From: TPA_inf: Saccharomyces
Lineage: Eukaryota
DNA length: 64,000 nt
Direction of reading: 5' to 3'
NCBI GenBank assembly: GCA_000146045.2
Contig: BK006946.2
Location: 608,001 to 672,000 of the forward strand
The stretch's first letter is position 1. The number at the start of each line of letters is the position of its first letter. Below the pieces are notes generated by a model. That model was given only the letters and a program-made list of their open reading frames with translations, had not been told where the DNA came from and searched no databases. A program made the translations under genes and the position numbers. This document shows, piece by piece, positions 1-10,478 of this stretch.

Positions 1-140
1 TGAACGGTATGGAGAGAGGTAAAACGGCACAAGAGATGATAGAAACCTTAGAGAACAAAAGGCTATATAAAGATGATGAGGATGGCGAAGTAAAGAAAAG
101 AACCATTGGCTGGTTGCAAGAGAGCCTTGCTGGAATATAG
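1..140 (+). CDS. HOT1: 3' end of an upstream gene (partial CDS). Frame 3 is open from the window edge to TAG at 138-140 (…[14 protein letters not shown]). Position upstream of DDR48 fits HOT1 (YMR172W).
   Basis: Stop-free frame to 138-140. Synteny with DDR48 immediately downstream. Identity inferred from gene order, not from recognising the sequence. Confidence 0.55.
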   Translation, partial: NGMERGKTAQEMIETLENKRLYKDDEDGEVKKRTIGWLQESLAGI

Positions 141-551
141 GCACGTACGATAGTAAATAATCGTTTACAATCATAGGAAGGAAGGAAAAAACAAGTGTAA
201 CATAAATACATTCTGTAAATCTACAAAAATCGTTAGTGCTGTTTTCTTTTTGAGATTGAAAAGTACGAATCATACACATCTCTTATTCTGAGAAGGGTGC
301 ATATGACGTAAATCAATGCGTACAAAGCGGTTTCCGGTGCTGGCCTGGCCCACCACAGTTTTGGCGTGGTTGATTTTAAAAACCTTCGGGAAGGTGAAAA
401 AACCACTCCGAAGGTTCGAGGATGACAAATCGCCCCTTAGCTGTGGCCATACAAGCTTGGCACCGACGAAAAAGGGAAAAAGGAAAAGAATGTCGTACAA
501 GAACTCTTACAACCACGTTGAGATTTCATTTAACAACGCCCCCCTTTCCAT

Positions 552-559
552 TATATAAG
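552..559 (+). promoter_or_regulatory. TATA box (TATATAAG) about 130 bp upstream of the DDR48 ATG. Two CCCCT STRE cores at 433-437 and 541-545.
   Basis: Motifs read directly. DDR48 is a classic stress-induced gene (Msn2/4 STRE = AGGGG/CCCCT). Confidence 0.5.
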
Positions 560-688
560 AAGGCATTAATTTTTATGTAATAAAAAAAGAATTTCTCGAA
601 AATGTCTTACAATTAATTTTTTCTTTTGTAGAGTAGGGCTTTAATAGACTGATATATACGGTATTATAAGTGAACGAAAAAAACAGCA

Positions 689-1981
689 ATGGGTTTATTT
701 GATAAAGTGAAGCAATTTGCTAACAGCAATAATAACAACAATGATTCTGGCAATAACAATCAAGGCGATTATGTTACCAAAGCTGAGAATATGATCGGCG
801 AAGATAGAGTCAATCAATTCAAAAGCAAAATCGGAGAGGACAGATTTGATAAGATGGAGTCCAAGGTTCGTCAACAATTTTCTAATACCTCTATAAATGA
901 CAACGACTCCAACAACAACGACTCATATGGTTCTAATAACAACGATTCATATGGTTCTAACAACAATGATTCATATGGCTCTAACAACAATGATTCATAT
1001 GGCTCCAACAACAATGATTCATATGGCTCTAACAACGATGATTCCTACGGTTCTTCCAACAAGAAGAAGAGCTCTTATGGTTCTAACAATGACGATTCGT
1101 ACGGCTCCAGCAACAACAATGACTCTTACGGTTCCAACAACAATGACTCTTACGGTTCCAACAACAATGACTCTTACGGTTCCAACAATGACGACTCTTA
1201 CGGTTCGTCAAACAAGAATAAGAGCTCTTACGGTTCCAACAATGACGATTCTTATGGCTCTAACAATGATGATTCATATGGTTCTTCCAACAAGAAGAAG
1301 AGTTCTTATGGTTCCAGCAACAACGATTCGTATGGTTCTAACAACGATGATTCATATGGTTCTAACAACAATGATTCATATGGCTCTAACAACGATGATT
1401 CCTACGGTTCTTCCAACAAGAAGAAGAGCTCTTATGGTTCTAACAATGACGATTCGTACGGCTCCAGCAACAACAATGACTCTTACGGTTCCAACAATGA
1501 CGACTCTTACGGTTCGTCAAACAAGAATAAGAGCTCTTACGGTTCTTCTAGCAACGATGATTCTTACGGATCTTCCAATAACGACGACTCTTACGGTTCT
1601 TCCAACAAGAAGAAGAGTTCTTATGGTTCCAACAATGACGATTCTTATGGCTCTAACAATGATGATTCATATGGTTCTTCCAACAAGAAGAAGAGTTCTT
1701 ATGGTTCCAGCAACAACGATTCGTATGGTTCTAACAACGATGATTCCTACGGTTCTTCTAACAAAAAGAAGAGTTCTTATGGTTCCAACAACGATGATTC
1801 ATACGGCTCCAGCAACAACAATGACTCTTACGGTTCCAACAATGACGACTCTTACGGTTCCTCTAATAGAAACAAGAACTCCTATGGGTCTTCCAACTAC
1901 GGTTCATCCAACAATGATGACTCTTATGGTTCATCTAATAGAGGCGGTCGTAATCAATACGGTGGTGACGACGATTACTAA
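689..1981 (+). CDS. DDR48: DDR48 (YMR173W), DNA-damage and stress-responsive protein. 430 aa, almost entirely tandem S-Y-G-S-N-N-D-D octapeptide repeats.
   Basis: ORF of 430 aa with about 38 SYGSNN(N/D)D repeats, N-terminal MGLFDKVKQF. Adjacent to PAI3 and SIP18 as on chrXIII. Confidence 0.95.
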   Translation: MGLFDKVKQFANSNNNNNDSGNNNQGDYVTKAENMIGEDRVNQFKSKIGEDRFDKMESKVRQQFSNTSINDNDSNNNDSYGSNNNDSYGSNNNDSYGSNNNDSYGSNNNDSYGSNNDDSYGSSNKKKSSYGSNNDDSYGSSNNNDSYGSNNNDSYGSNNNDSYGSNNDDSYGSSNKNKSSYGSNNDDSYGSNNDDSYGSSNKKKSSYGSSNNDSYGSNNDDSYGSNNNDSYGSNNDDSYGSSNKKKSSYGSNNDDSYGSSNNNDSYGSNNDDSYGSSNKNKSSYGSSSNDDSYGSSNNDDSYGSSNKKKSSYGSNNDDSYGSNNDDSYGSSNKKKSSYGSSNNDSYGSNNDDSYGSSNKKKSSYGSNNDDSYGSSNNNDSYGSNNDDSYGSSNRNKNSYGSSNYGSSNNDDSYGSSNRGGRNQYGGDDDY

Positions 1982-2158
1982 GTTTTTGGATGTCTTCGAT
2001 AAAAAAAATATATTATTGTGTTTAGACTTAAGTATGAAAATTTTATGTATGAGCTGTGGCTATGTATCCGCTGGCAAATAGGTCTGCTTTTTCTACACTT
2101 TCCACCCTCAACCTAACAGAGCCCGCTGGCACAAATAATCGATAGTAGGACAACAGAG

Positions 2159-2365
2159 CTACTCCTTCTTATGCCCCGCCCCTTTGAGCTTGTTGTATTG
2201 CTCTTGATAGTTGTGTTTTTCACTTTCATCAGCATCGGTAGTCTTGCCGTCCTTGTCTTGACTAGCCATTTTCTTAAAAGCGTCACTCACTACCTTTGCA
2301 TCGCCCTGCAATTTTTCCTTTGAGCTCTGAAATATTTCGCTCACTTTTTGTTGGTCTGTATTCAT
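2159..2365 (-). CDS. PAI3: PAI3 (YMR174C), cytoplasmic proteinase A (Pep4) inhibitor IA3, 68 aa.
   Basis: 68-aa ORF MNTDQQKVSEIFQSSKEKLQGDAK…. Length and sequence match IA3. Confidence 0.9.
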   Translation of the reverse strand: MNTDQQKVSEIFQSSKEKLQGDAKVVSDAFKKMASQDKDGKTTDADESEKHNYQEQYNKLKGAGHKKE

Positions 2366-2489
2366 TCTGGATGTCTTGGTTGTAGAAATTTCTTTTATTG
2401 GTTCATTAAAGTCAAGGTAAATGGCGAGAACTAGAATAGAGTTTTATTCTTTTTACCGTTATATAGATAATTCTAGCCGGGGGCGGTCG

Positions 2490-2494
2490 CCCCT
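2490..2494 (+). promoter_or_regulatory. STRE cores (CCCCT) at 2490-2494 and 2628-2632 in the PAI3/SIP18 divergent intergenic. TATA-like TATATAAAAAAG at 2994-3005 upstream of SIP18.
   Basis: Read directly. SIP18 and PAI3 are osmotic- and stress-induced. Confidence 0.45.
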
Positions 2495-3015
2495 GAGATT
2501 CCCGACATCAGTAAGACATAGTACTGTACGATTACTGTACGATTAATCTATCCACTTCAGATGTTCAACAATTCCTTTTGGCATTACGTATTAATACTTC
2601 ATAGGATCGGCACCCTCCCTTAAGCCTCCCCTAAATGCTTTCGGTACCCCTTTAAGACAACTATCTCTTAACCTTCTGTATTTACTTGCATGTTACGTTG
2701 AGTCTCATTGGAGGTTTGCATCATATGTTTAGGTTTTTTTGGAAACGTGGACGGCTCATAGTGATTGGTAAATGGGAGTTACGAATAAACGTATCTTAAA
2801 GGGAGCGGTATGTAAAATGGATAGATGATCATGAATACAGTACGAGGTGTAAAGAATGATGGGACTGAGAGGGCAATTATCATCCCTCAGAATCAACATC
2901 ACAAACATATATAAAGCTCCCAATTCTGCCCCAAAGTTTTGTCCCTAGGCATTTTTAATCTTTGTATCTGTGCTCTTTACTTTAGTAGAAAGGTATATAA
3001 AAAAGTATAGTCAAG

Positions 3016-3255
3016 ATGTCTAACATGATGAATAAGTTCGCTGAAAAATTACAAGGTAACGATGATTCCCATCAGAAGGGAAAGAACGCCAAATCCTCCA
3101 ACAAGGAAAGGGATGATATGAACATGGACATGGGTATGGGTCATGATCAGTCCGAAGGGGGAATGAAGATGGGCCATGATCAATCTGGAACAAAGATGAA
3201 CGCTGGCAGAGGAATTGCGAACGATTGGAAGACTTACGAAAACATGAAAAAATAA
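3016..3255 (+). CDS. SIP18: SIP18 (YMR175W), 79-aa hydrophilin phospholipid-binding protein induced by osmotic stress and desiccation.
   Basis: 79-aa ORF MSNMMNKFAEKLQGNDDSHQKGK… with MGHDQS repeats. Synteny. Confidence 0.9.
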   Translation: MSNMMNKFAEKLQGNDDSHQKGKNAKSSNKERDDMNMDMGMGHDQSEGGMKMGHDQSGTKMNAGRGIANDWKTYENMKK

Positions 3256-3313
3256 TGTTACGTTTTTTTGGGCGCAATTAACCAAGTCCTTTTATTTTTT
3301 TAATGGTTTATTT

Positions 3314-3508
3314 ATGAATTGTTTATGTTTATGTTCTTTATACTCAAAATCAATAAGTGCTTATTTTAGCGAATTTTCTTCTACGAATATATATAAGTCA
3401 TATCTAAGACTTCCATCCGTGCTTTATTACGTTTGTATGATGCATACAATGATGCCAAATCAGCTTGATGCTGTTGGTATTCAGTCGTCCGAAAGCCTGT
3501 TGATGTGA
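3314..3508 (+). CDS. Small 64-aa ORF at the position of YMR175W-A (unknown function). Low-complexity, no recognisable domain.
   Basis: ORF-track only. My recollection that a small annotated ORF lies here is weak. Confidence 0.25.
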   Translation: MNCLCLCSLYSKSISAYFSEFSSTNIYKSYLRLPSVLYYVCMMHTMMPNQLDAVGIQSSESLLM

Positions 3509-3739
3509 CACTCAAATCTTCGGCATGTGTGAACGGTGGCCGAGCATAGTTCGTGAACATCATCACTTAAAATAAGAACTACACTTTACATCAGCGTGGA
3601 AGATAAAGGTTGTTTTAAGCTCAAGGGCGCTGGAGGTGTAGCGCTTCGGAGGAAAATAATATTGAATAACTTCGCTTTTTGTTCCAAATTCTAGATTATC
3701 GTGTATGTTCTTGTTCGTACGTCCATCTCCATAGTTATA

Positions 3740-6700
3740 ATGAGTGGGCATGATTCTGTTACAAAAATATCTCATATCCTGAATGAACCGGTTAACGAAA
3801 AGGTAATGGTACAAAACGGGTTCCATGAAAGCTCTAAAATTGCAGACATCGAATTAGAGATACAGGAGCGACCTTCGATTAAACAATGGGAATCGCCGCG
3901 GAGTGCTGTAATTCCTACTTCAAATCATAATTTTAGCCCATTTCTCTATACGCAATTTAAATCTCGTGGTGCAGCACCGTTTGCACCTGAAACAATAAAA
4001 TCTGTAGATTTAGTTGAGCTACCGGAGGGTGTACCCGCAAGAGTGTTTCATGAAAAGACGGGTTTATTTTATCAAATATCTCCACACTCTATTCCAACAT
4101 TTATTTTAGCCAAAAAAGAACTCCCGGACCCCATAAAATTTTATGAGTTAGTGGAAGACTTAGGGTCAGTTTATGGATGTGTTAAGTTGAAAATTATACC
4201 AGATGCTGACAAATTTACTCAACTAAATGTTGATGTAGATCGCCTCTGGTTTAAAGCAAGAAAACAATTTTTCAATTCGAATGAATTTCAAAGAACCAAG
4301 ATAGTTGATTTTTATGCGAAGTTGTATAATTTTCACAATAAAATCAAAAAGAGTACTCTCACAAGGATCCCAAGTATCGATAAACGCACCTTGGATTTAT
4401 ATAGACTGAGGAGTTGTGTGAAGTTGAGGGGAGGCTTCAATGCTGTTTGCGAAAAAAAATTATGGGCGCAAATTGGAAGAGAATTAGGTTACTCGGGCAG
4501 GATTATGAGTTCGTTATCAACTTCTTTAAGATCTGCCTATGCAAAAATTTTATTAGACTTTGACATATATGAAGAAGAAGAGCAAGCTGCTCGTAATAAC
4601 GAAAAAAATGAAGACATGGTGGAATCTGAAATATTTCGTCACTCAAATAGCAGAAGTAGGGACGAAGAGGAGCCACTTCATAAAAAAGCTAAAATACACC
4701 GCGATGTCTTTAGAGCCGGATCGATTAATCATGAATTTAAAAGAATGCGGGACATAAAGCACATAAAAGGGTTTCCGACTTATTTTAACTCGTTAACTGA
4801 GTTTAAACTAGGCTATACACAGTCAACAGAGACCACATTACCGGGCTATGATTTTACTTTTTGGGAGAATGGTATGGAAATATACGATAAAAGCAAATAC
4901 GAAACCAAAACCTCTCCAGTATACAATTTGAGACAGTATTACGAAAAAAGTCTGGCTGTTTTCACTGCTATTGTAGCGAAATTTGGGAGTAGCTATCCTG
5001 ATTTGTTTGCGAAACACACAACATTACCTCAAAAGGAATTCGAGAGGTTATACTTTCATTTGCTATCGGAGCACTTTATAGATTTCGAAATTGACACCGG
5101 TCTTGGACTACCCTGTTCCATGAGATCACCAGGAAACAACTCGTCCAATGAAAAGTTTGCCATTAAGAATATTCTAGACCAGTGGAATTTAGACAACATT
5201 CCTCTCAATGAACTATCGCTTTTACAACACCTTGATCTGGATATGGCCAATTTTACGAGAACCACTTATGATATTGGAATGTTGTTTTCTTGTCAAGGTT
5301 GGTCTGTTTCGGATCATTTTTTACCTTCAATTGATTTCAATCATTTAGGTTCTACCAAGTTGGTGTACAGTATTGCGCCGAAAGATATGGAAAAATTCGA
5401 AGCTTTAATTGCTCGAGGAAAAAGTGAATGGGATACTATCCAATCAAGGCCGCGCTACTCCACCTCCGATGACGAATTAAAGAGCTTTATAGAAACAGAT
5501 TTCTACAAGTCATTTTTGGATGCAGAACAATCTGCTGACTATTCAAACACTGGAGATAATTCAAAAAATTCATTTCCAGAAGATAAGATAGCAGGAAACA
5601 CTCTACATGATGGTTCACAAAGCGACTTCATATTTGAGCCTAATTTCATCTTAGCCAATGGCATAAAACTTTATAAGACGACACAGGAGCAGGGCTCATA
5701 CATTTTTAAGTTTCCGAAAGCCTTCACATGTTCTATTGGATCAGGTTTCTATCTATCACAGAATGCAAAATTTGCGCCAAGCTCCTGGTTGAGATTCAGT
5801 TCCGAGGCAGCAAAATGGACATCTAAGATGGGGTTTCTTCCCGGTTTAGATGTAAATCAATTACTTATCAATGCCCTACTAAACTCCAATAACCCAGTTT
5901 TAAGGAAAAAATGCCGTGATTTAATAAGTAACTACGTCGTTGAGGAAGCGGAAAACAGCAAAAAATTAGGGGAGTTGATTGGCACTGTAGATGTCGTTTA
6001 TAATAAATTGAATTATATTTCAGATATTAGTTTAGAGTCAACTGGTCTTTCAAAAATCGTTGTTACACACGGTGCATTGCAACGTAATTTATCTCTGAAG
6101 GAATTCGTGGTATTGCTAGAAAAACCAGAAAACGGTGCTCATAGTATATGTGGCATCCCAATACGTGATCAATCTGGTAATCTCAATGTTTGTTTGCACT
6201 CATACTTTGATAGCGCAAGCCTAGGAATTGCTCTCGATGGCTTGGACAAGCCTCCGACTTCTTATCTGCTTGTTCACAATGAAGATTTTGAAAAAAAGTG
6301 GGACGTGTTAATGACTTCTACTTTTAGAAATAGAACTGTGCCATTAAATATAATACAGTATTTGATCTCTCATACTGATAGTAATACTGAGTTTAATCGA
6401 ATGTTACGCTCCAATTTTGATGATTCATTACTACTTATTGAGAAATGTAAAAAGTTTATTAAGACCTTCGTGGATGTTTCCTGTTCTGTTAAAGATGTAG
6501 ATTTCGGAAACGGTTTCAATTTACGTCATCTACCGCTTAAGTTTTCTGACAACATGGCTGATAATTTGGAGAGCTTGTATGAAAGTGTGCGGAAGTGCTC
6601 AATTGAATTTTCAGAAAAGCCGACAATTATCAGACTGTATCACGTATCTCGGCAGTTTCCTATCGATAATAGAGATATTATTGATGGCAATAATCTAGAT

Positions 6701-7975
6701 TTGCTTAAGGAATTATATCAGAAATCGTTAACCATCCCGTTGAAGGTTTCTTATTGGACTAAGTTGACCAGAAAAATATGTAGGCTTGAATGGTTATCCG
6801 TTTATGAACATATATTCATTGAGCGATGTGATATTAAGAATGAAGACCCTGCGAAATATTCACTTCCACTGTTATATTCTTACTTCGAATTTGGTTTGAA
6901 ATATTGTGATTCGGAAGATATAGATAAGTTAGGGGAAGTGAGAAAGCTGATTTTAAAATATCAGGACATGATGCAGAAAGTTCGAGTTTTTCTAAAAAAG
7001 GATCCACCCTCAAAAATATCGCTAAGTGATTTAGAAGACGTTTTATTAGATATAGAAGAATATCGGTTACCCATACAAAGTAGTTTTTTCAGTGAGCTTG
7101 ATTATGTTATTAGAGAAATTGAAAATGCAAAAAAAATGAACGATGTGAATATTCTTTATAACACTGATAATATTGATAAAATAGACGAACTCATCAGGAA
7201 AAATGATCCTAAATTTGTGAAGTTTGCGAACCAGTTTAATGGTTCGAGATTAGATAAGAGACCGCTGGCCAGTGATAATTCAGGATCAGTGAAAGCCAAA
7301 CAGGAGTTAAAAGTTTTCAAATTATGGAACCAGCACTTGGATCAAATAATGCAAAAAAATAAATTTATTGAGATACTGCCGTCGATTTTTAGATGTTTAG
7401 ATTTGAAGTCAGACAAATACATTCCTTTGGAAAGTTGTTCTAAGCGCCAAACGAAATATTGCTTTTGTAGAAGGGTTGAAGAAGGTACTGCAATGGTCGA
7501 ATGTGAAATATGCAAGGAGTGGTATCATGTGGATTGTATTAGCAACGGTGAGTTGGTTCCACCTGATGATCCAAACGTTTTATTTGTTTGCTCGATATGT
7601 ACACCACCCTGTATGGCCGTTGACAATATCGAAGGTGTGACTTTTGAGCTTGACGACTTGAAGAGGATCTTAGTAGAATCTTTGAAGCTAAGTTTAATTC
7701 CAGATCCCCCTATCTTGAAGAATCTCTTTGACGTTTTTGCGTTTGCTTTGAACTTCAAAAATGAAATGGAAAAAGAACTATTTACTAACGGTTATGTAAA
7801 TCAATTGTCCTCTACGCACAAGATCAAGTATTACTTGAGAAAGTTAAAAGGGTCACAATGCGGCTTTACTAATCTGACGGATCCCTTAAGGAAACATTGT
7901 CAGGTGAAAGATGCAGAAGCAATTAAATGGCTCACAGATAATGGAAGAATCATAATCACAGGAATTCCAAATTGA
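3740..7975 (+). CDS. ECM5: ECM5 (YMR176W), JmjN/ARID/JmjC/PHD-containing chromatin protein, 1411 aa. Start taken at the internal Met (MSGHDSVTK…), 13 codons into the 1424-aa ORF.
   Basis: Long ORF. A PHD-type Cys/His cluster is visible near the C-terminus (CFCRRV…CEICKEWYHVDC…CSICT). Length matches the known 1411 aa if the Met at 3740 is used. Confidence 0.85.
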   Translation: MSGHDSVTKISHILNEPVNEKVMVQNGFHESSKIADIELEIQERPSIKQWESPRSAVIPTSNHNFSPFLYTQFKSRGAAPFAPETIKSVDLVELPEGVPARVFHEKTGLFYQISPHSIPTFILAKKELPDPIKFYELVEDLGSVYGCVKLKIIPDADKFTQLNVDVDRLWFKARKQFFNSNEFQRTKIVDFYAKLYNFHNKIKKSTLTRIPSIDKRTLDLYRLRSCVKLRGGFNAVCEKKLWAQIGRELGYSGRIMSSLSTSLRSAYAKILLDFDIYEEEEQAARNNEKNEDMVESEIFRHSNSRSRDEEEPLHKKAKIHRDVFRAGSINHEFKRMRDIKHIKGFPTYFNSLTEFKLGYTQSTETTLPGYDFTFWENGMEIYDKSKYETKTSPVYNLRQYYEKSLAVFTAIVAKFGSSYPDLFAKHTTLPQKEFERLYFHLLSEHFIDFEIDTGLGLPCSMRSPGNNSSNEKFAIKNILDQWNLDNIPLNELSLLQHLDLDMANFTRTTYDIGMLFSCQGWSVSDHFLPSIDFNHLGSTKLVYSIAPKDMEKFEALIARGKSEWDTIQSRPRYSTSDDELKSFIETDFYKSFLDAEQSADYSNTGDNSKNSFPEDKIAGNTLHDGSQSDFIFEPNFILANGIKLYKTTQEQGSYIFKFPKAFTCSIGSGFYLSQNAKFAPSSWLRFSSEAAKWTSKMGFLPGLDVNQLLINALLNSNNPVLRKKCRDLISNYVVEEAENSKKLGELIGTVDVVYNKLNYISDISLESTGLSKIVVTHGALQRNLSLKEFVVLLEKPENGAHSICGIPIRDQSGNLNVCLHSYFDSASLGIALDGLDKPPTSYLLVHNEDFEKKWDVLMTSTFRNRTVPLNIIQYLISHTDSNTEFNRMLRSNFDDSLLLIEKCKKFIKTFVDVSCSVKDVDFGNGFNLRHLPLKFSDNMADNLESLYESVRKCSIEFSEKPTIIRLYHVSRQFPIDNRDIIDGNNLDLLKELYQKSLTIPLKVSYWTKLTRKICRLEWLSVYEHIFIERCDIKNEDPAKYSLPLLYSYFEFGLKYCDSEDIDKLGEVRKLILKYQDMMQKVRVFLKKDPPSKISLSDLEDVLLDIEEYRLPIQSSFFSELDYVIREIENAKKMNDVNILYNTDNIDKIDELIRKNDPKFVKFANQFNGSRLDKRPLASDNSGSVKAKQELKVFKLWNQHLDQIMQKNKFIEILPSIFRCLDLKSDKYIPLESCSKRQTKYCFCRRVEEGTAMVECEICKEWYHVDCISNGELVPPDDPNVLFVCSICTPPCMAVDNIEGVTFELDDLKRILVESLKLSLIPDPPILKNLFDVFAFALNFKNEMEKELFTNGYVNQLSSTHKIKYYLRKLKGSQCGFTNLTDPLRKHCQVKDAEAIKWLTDNGRIIITGIPN

Positions 7976-8565
7976 AACGTAATACTATCTTATTGATTAA
8001 AATCACTATTTACTTATCTAAAATGTACCTGCGAAGTCTGCATGACATATTCTCTCTTCTTTTATTGCGCATACCTCGTTTACTCATACTCAGATGTTCT
8101 ACGACGTTTTCTATGGTTGGCAGTAGTTACCTATTGTTGACACTCCAGTATTGGGTGTTTCCCATCCAGCATAATCCCGGTAAAAAAAGACACCCCAGAA
8201 TCTAGGAGAGCTCCTTTCGAAGGTGGAAAAGCGCGTTTTGCTGTCAATATTGATGTTTATTAGTAAGTGTTTACCGTTTCTTGATAGCTTTCCTTACGTA
8301 ACAATTGTTCTTCTGCTTTCCTTCGTAGGAGGAACGCGCCAAGGCAATTTTTCTCGAGAGGTATGAAAAAAATAAAAAAAGCTCATTTCCATGACAACTT
8401 CAAGTAATTGACCATCTATAGGAACCCTAAGACTTTTGGCAACTTCGACTTAGAGCTCTTTTTTGTGGTTTTGTTCATTTACGCTAAATAACTGAGAGTT
8501 TAAATTTATTGATTTATATATTATTGCATCACACAAACATCGCTTTCTTTTTCGCATTTTTGACA

Positions 8566-10098
8566 ATGTTAAGAATCTGCGTAAAAAGGCCCTGTATAAA
8601 GATCGTTCTTTCACAAGTACGTCCAGCATTACTAGTAAGGAAGGAGAATCTCCACATAAGTACTGGAGTAAAAGTTGAAAAGAGCAGTATAATAAACCAA
8701 AAGGACCCTAATAAAGTACGCGTTGAGATAAACGAGTTAAAGAGACAAGCTGAAATTGAAAAGGCTGCAATAAAGGAATTGGAGAAAAATCCTCAATACC
8801 AAAAATTAGCTGAAGCATTCAACAGTCATGATCATGTTCATTTACGTGAATCAGAGACCGAGCAAAACGACATAATTTCATTGGGCACGATACGAGACTA
8901 CAAAAGCAGTAAATGTGAGCAAGCTGATAAGCCTTCGTCGTTGAATCTGCATTCGCATACACATTCTCATGGACATACGCATTCTCATGCTGCTCACAAT
9001 CCATTATTAGTACTTAGTACTGAGCAAATTAGGAAAAATGCAGGCGTAAGAATCACATGGGTCGGCTTAGGTGTAAACGTTGGTATTGCTATAGGTAAAT
9101 TTTTTGGAGGTATCGTATTTCATTCACAAGCGTTGTTTGCGGATGCTATCCACGCAATAAGTGACATGGTTTCTGACTTGTTGACTTTGCTTTCGGTAGG
9201 GCTAGCAGCCAACAAGCCAACCGCTGATTATCCATATGGGTATGGCAAAATTGAAACTGTTGGTTCCTTGGCAGTTTCAACAATATTAGCCATGGCTGGT
9301 ATATCAATAGGTTGGAGTTCCCTTTGTGCACTCGTAGGGCCTGTTATCCCACATACAATCATTGACACCATAGGAAACTTAGGTCATGCTCATACTTATT
9401 CTGAAGACATTATTGAAGACGTTACTGATATCAACGCAGCCTGGATTGCCGCCGCTTCCATTGCAGCTAAAGAATGGATATTTAGAGCCACAAGAAAGAT
9501 TGCTATCAACACTAATTCAAATGTACTAATGGCAAATGCTTGGCATCACCGTGTTGATTCATTAACTTCTCTTGTTGCTCTGGTTGCAATCAGTACTGGT
9601 TATTTGGTTAATATACAATCATTAGACACGATTGGTGGTTTAATTGTTTCTGGTTTAATTATCAAGGCTGGTGGCGAGGGTATGTGCATCGCAATAAAGG
9701 AGTTAATCGATCAGTCAGTTTCTCGTGATGATCCACGCTACCTAGAGATAGAAACTTTGGTTAAAGATACGTTGAACAAACTGATCTCTAATAATAATTC
9801 TCAGAAACCCTATGGATTGAAAGAACTGACGTTACTGTCCTCAGGACCGAATTTACGCGGACATTTAACCTTGGAAGTTCCTTTACAAAAATGGGGCAAT
9901 ATTTTAGGTGTTAACGAGTTTGAAATTGTGACACATCATTTACGTAATGTGTTAACCAATGAAGTATCGAATTTGAGAAGACTGGATATTGAATACGTGG
10001 AAGAAAAAAATGGTGAGGAAAATGAGCATATCAAGGGACAACAAAACTACAAAGAAGATGTTCTTATTAAGCACGACCATACGAATACTCATATTTGA
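8566..10098 (+). CDS. MMT1: MMT1 (YMR177W), mitochondrial cation-diffusion-facilitator iron transporter, 510 aa. Start taken at the internal Met MLRICVKR….
   Basis: CDF-family TM segments and a His-rich HSHTHSHGHTHSHAAH loop. Length matches from the Met at 8566. Confidence 0.85.
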   Translation: MLRICVKRPCIKIVLSQVRPALLVRKENLHISTGVKVEKSSIINQKDPNKVRVEINELKRQAEIEKAAIKELEKNPQYQKLAEAFNSHDHVHLRESETEQNDIISLGTIRDYKSSKCEQADKPSSLNLHSHTHSHGHTHSHAAHNPLLVLSTEQIRKNAGVRITWVGLGVNVGIAIGKFFGGIVFHSQALFADAIHAISDMVSDLLTLLSVGLAANKPTADYPYGYGKIETVGSLAVSTILAMAGISIGWSSLCALVGPVIPHTIIDTIGNLGHAHTYSEDIIEDVTDINAAWIAAASIAAKEWIFRATRKIAINTNSNVLMANAWHHRVDSLTSLVALVAISTGYLVNIQSLDTIGGLIVSGLIIKAGGEGMCIAIKELIDQSVSRDDPRYLEIETLVKDTLNKLISNNNSQKPYGLKELTLLSSGPNLRGHLTLEVPLQKWGNILGVNEFEIVTHHLRNVLTNEVSNLRRLDIEYVEEKNGEENEHIKGQQNYKEDVLIKHDHTNTHI

Positions 10099-10478
10099 GC
10101 TTCCCACAGTAATAATAACAAGTGAAGAAGAGAGGGAAATGTCGAAAATACCCGAAACGCATTTCACAATTACAAAAAGGCCAAAAAAAAAAAGGAAAGA
10201 CAATACGCTTATATTTGTCACGTATACCTACTATTTGATTTATGTACGTTTTATATACAAATTGCATTTACTATTTATAAAATAAATCATTAACTATAAT
10301 ACTCTAACTGAATGTTTTAGGATCTTCTCTATTAAAAATATACGTGGAAAACGACTATGGCTGCCCGAGAGACTAAAAAGGAAAGAGCGAGGGATATAAC
10401 AATAGCAGTCATTACTGGTGATAATAATGACATAAAAGAATTACTGAAGGAGGCAAAGTATATACTGTCAAGGGTATA

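Noticed and set aside
270-558. Two overlapping ORFs of 76-80 aa (270-500 minus, 316-558 plus) upstream of DDR48
   Set aside because: They lie inside the DDR48 promoter (STRE/TATA region), have no domain features, and have GC-skewed chance frames. Treated as spurious.
897-2081. 394-aa plus-strand ORF in an alternate frame overlapping DDR48 (MTTTPTTTTHMVLITTIHMVLTT…)
   Set aside because: Entirely low-complexity T/M/L/V repeats generated by reading the DDR48 DNA repeat out of frame. Corresponds to a dubious ORF, not a real gene.
3325-3336. Near-match to the ARS consensus (GTTTATGTTTA, 10/11) downstream of SIP18
   Set aside because: A single imperfect ACS in AT-rich sequence is expected by chance. 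No B-element evidence. Cannot call an origin from sequence alone.
3701-3739. ORF-track N-terminal extensions of 6-22 codons: ECM5 (3701), MMT1 (8509), SSO2 (19868), CIK1 (51700), ROT1 (56734), ERG2 (59471)
   Set aside because: The internal Met gives the protein length I recall for each S288C gene. Extensions are short and hydrophobic or low-complexity. The longer SPG5 case is reported separately as a finding.
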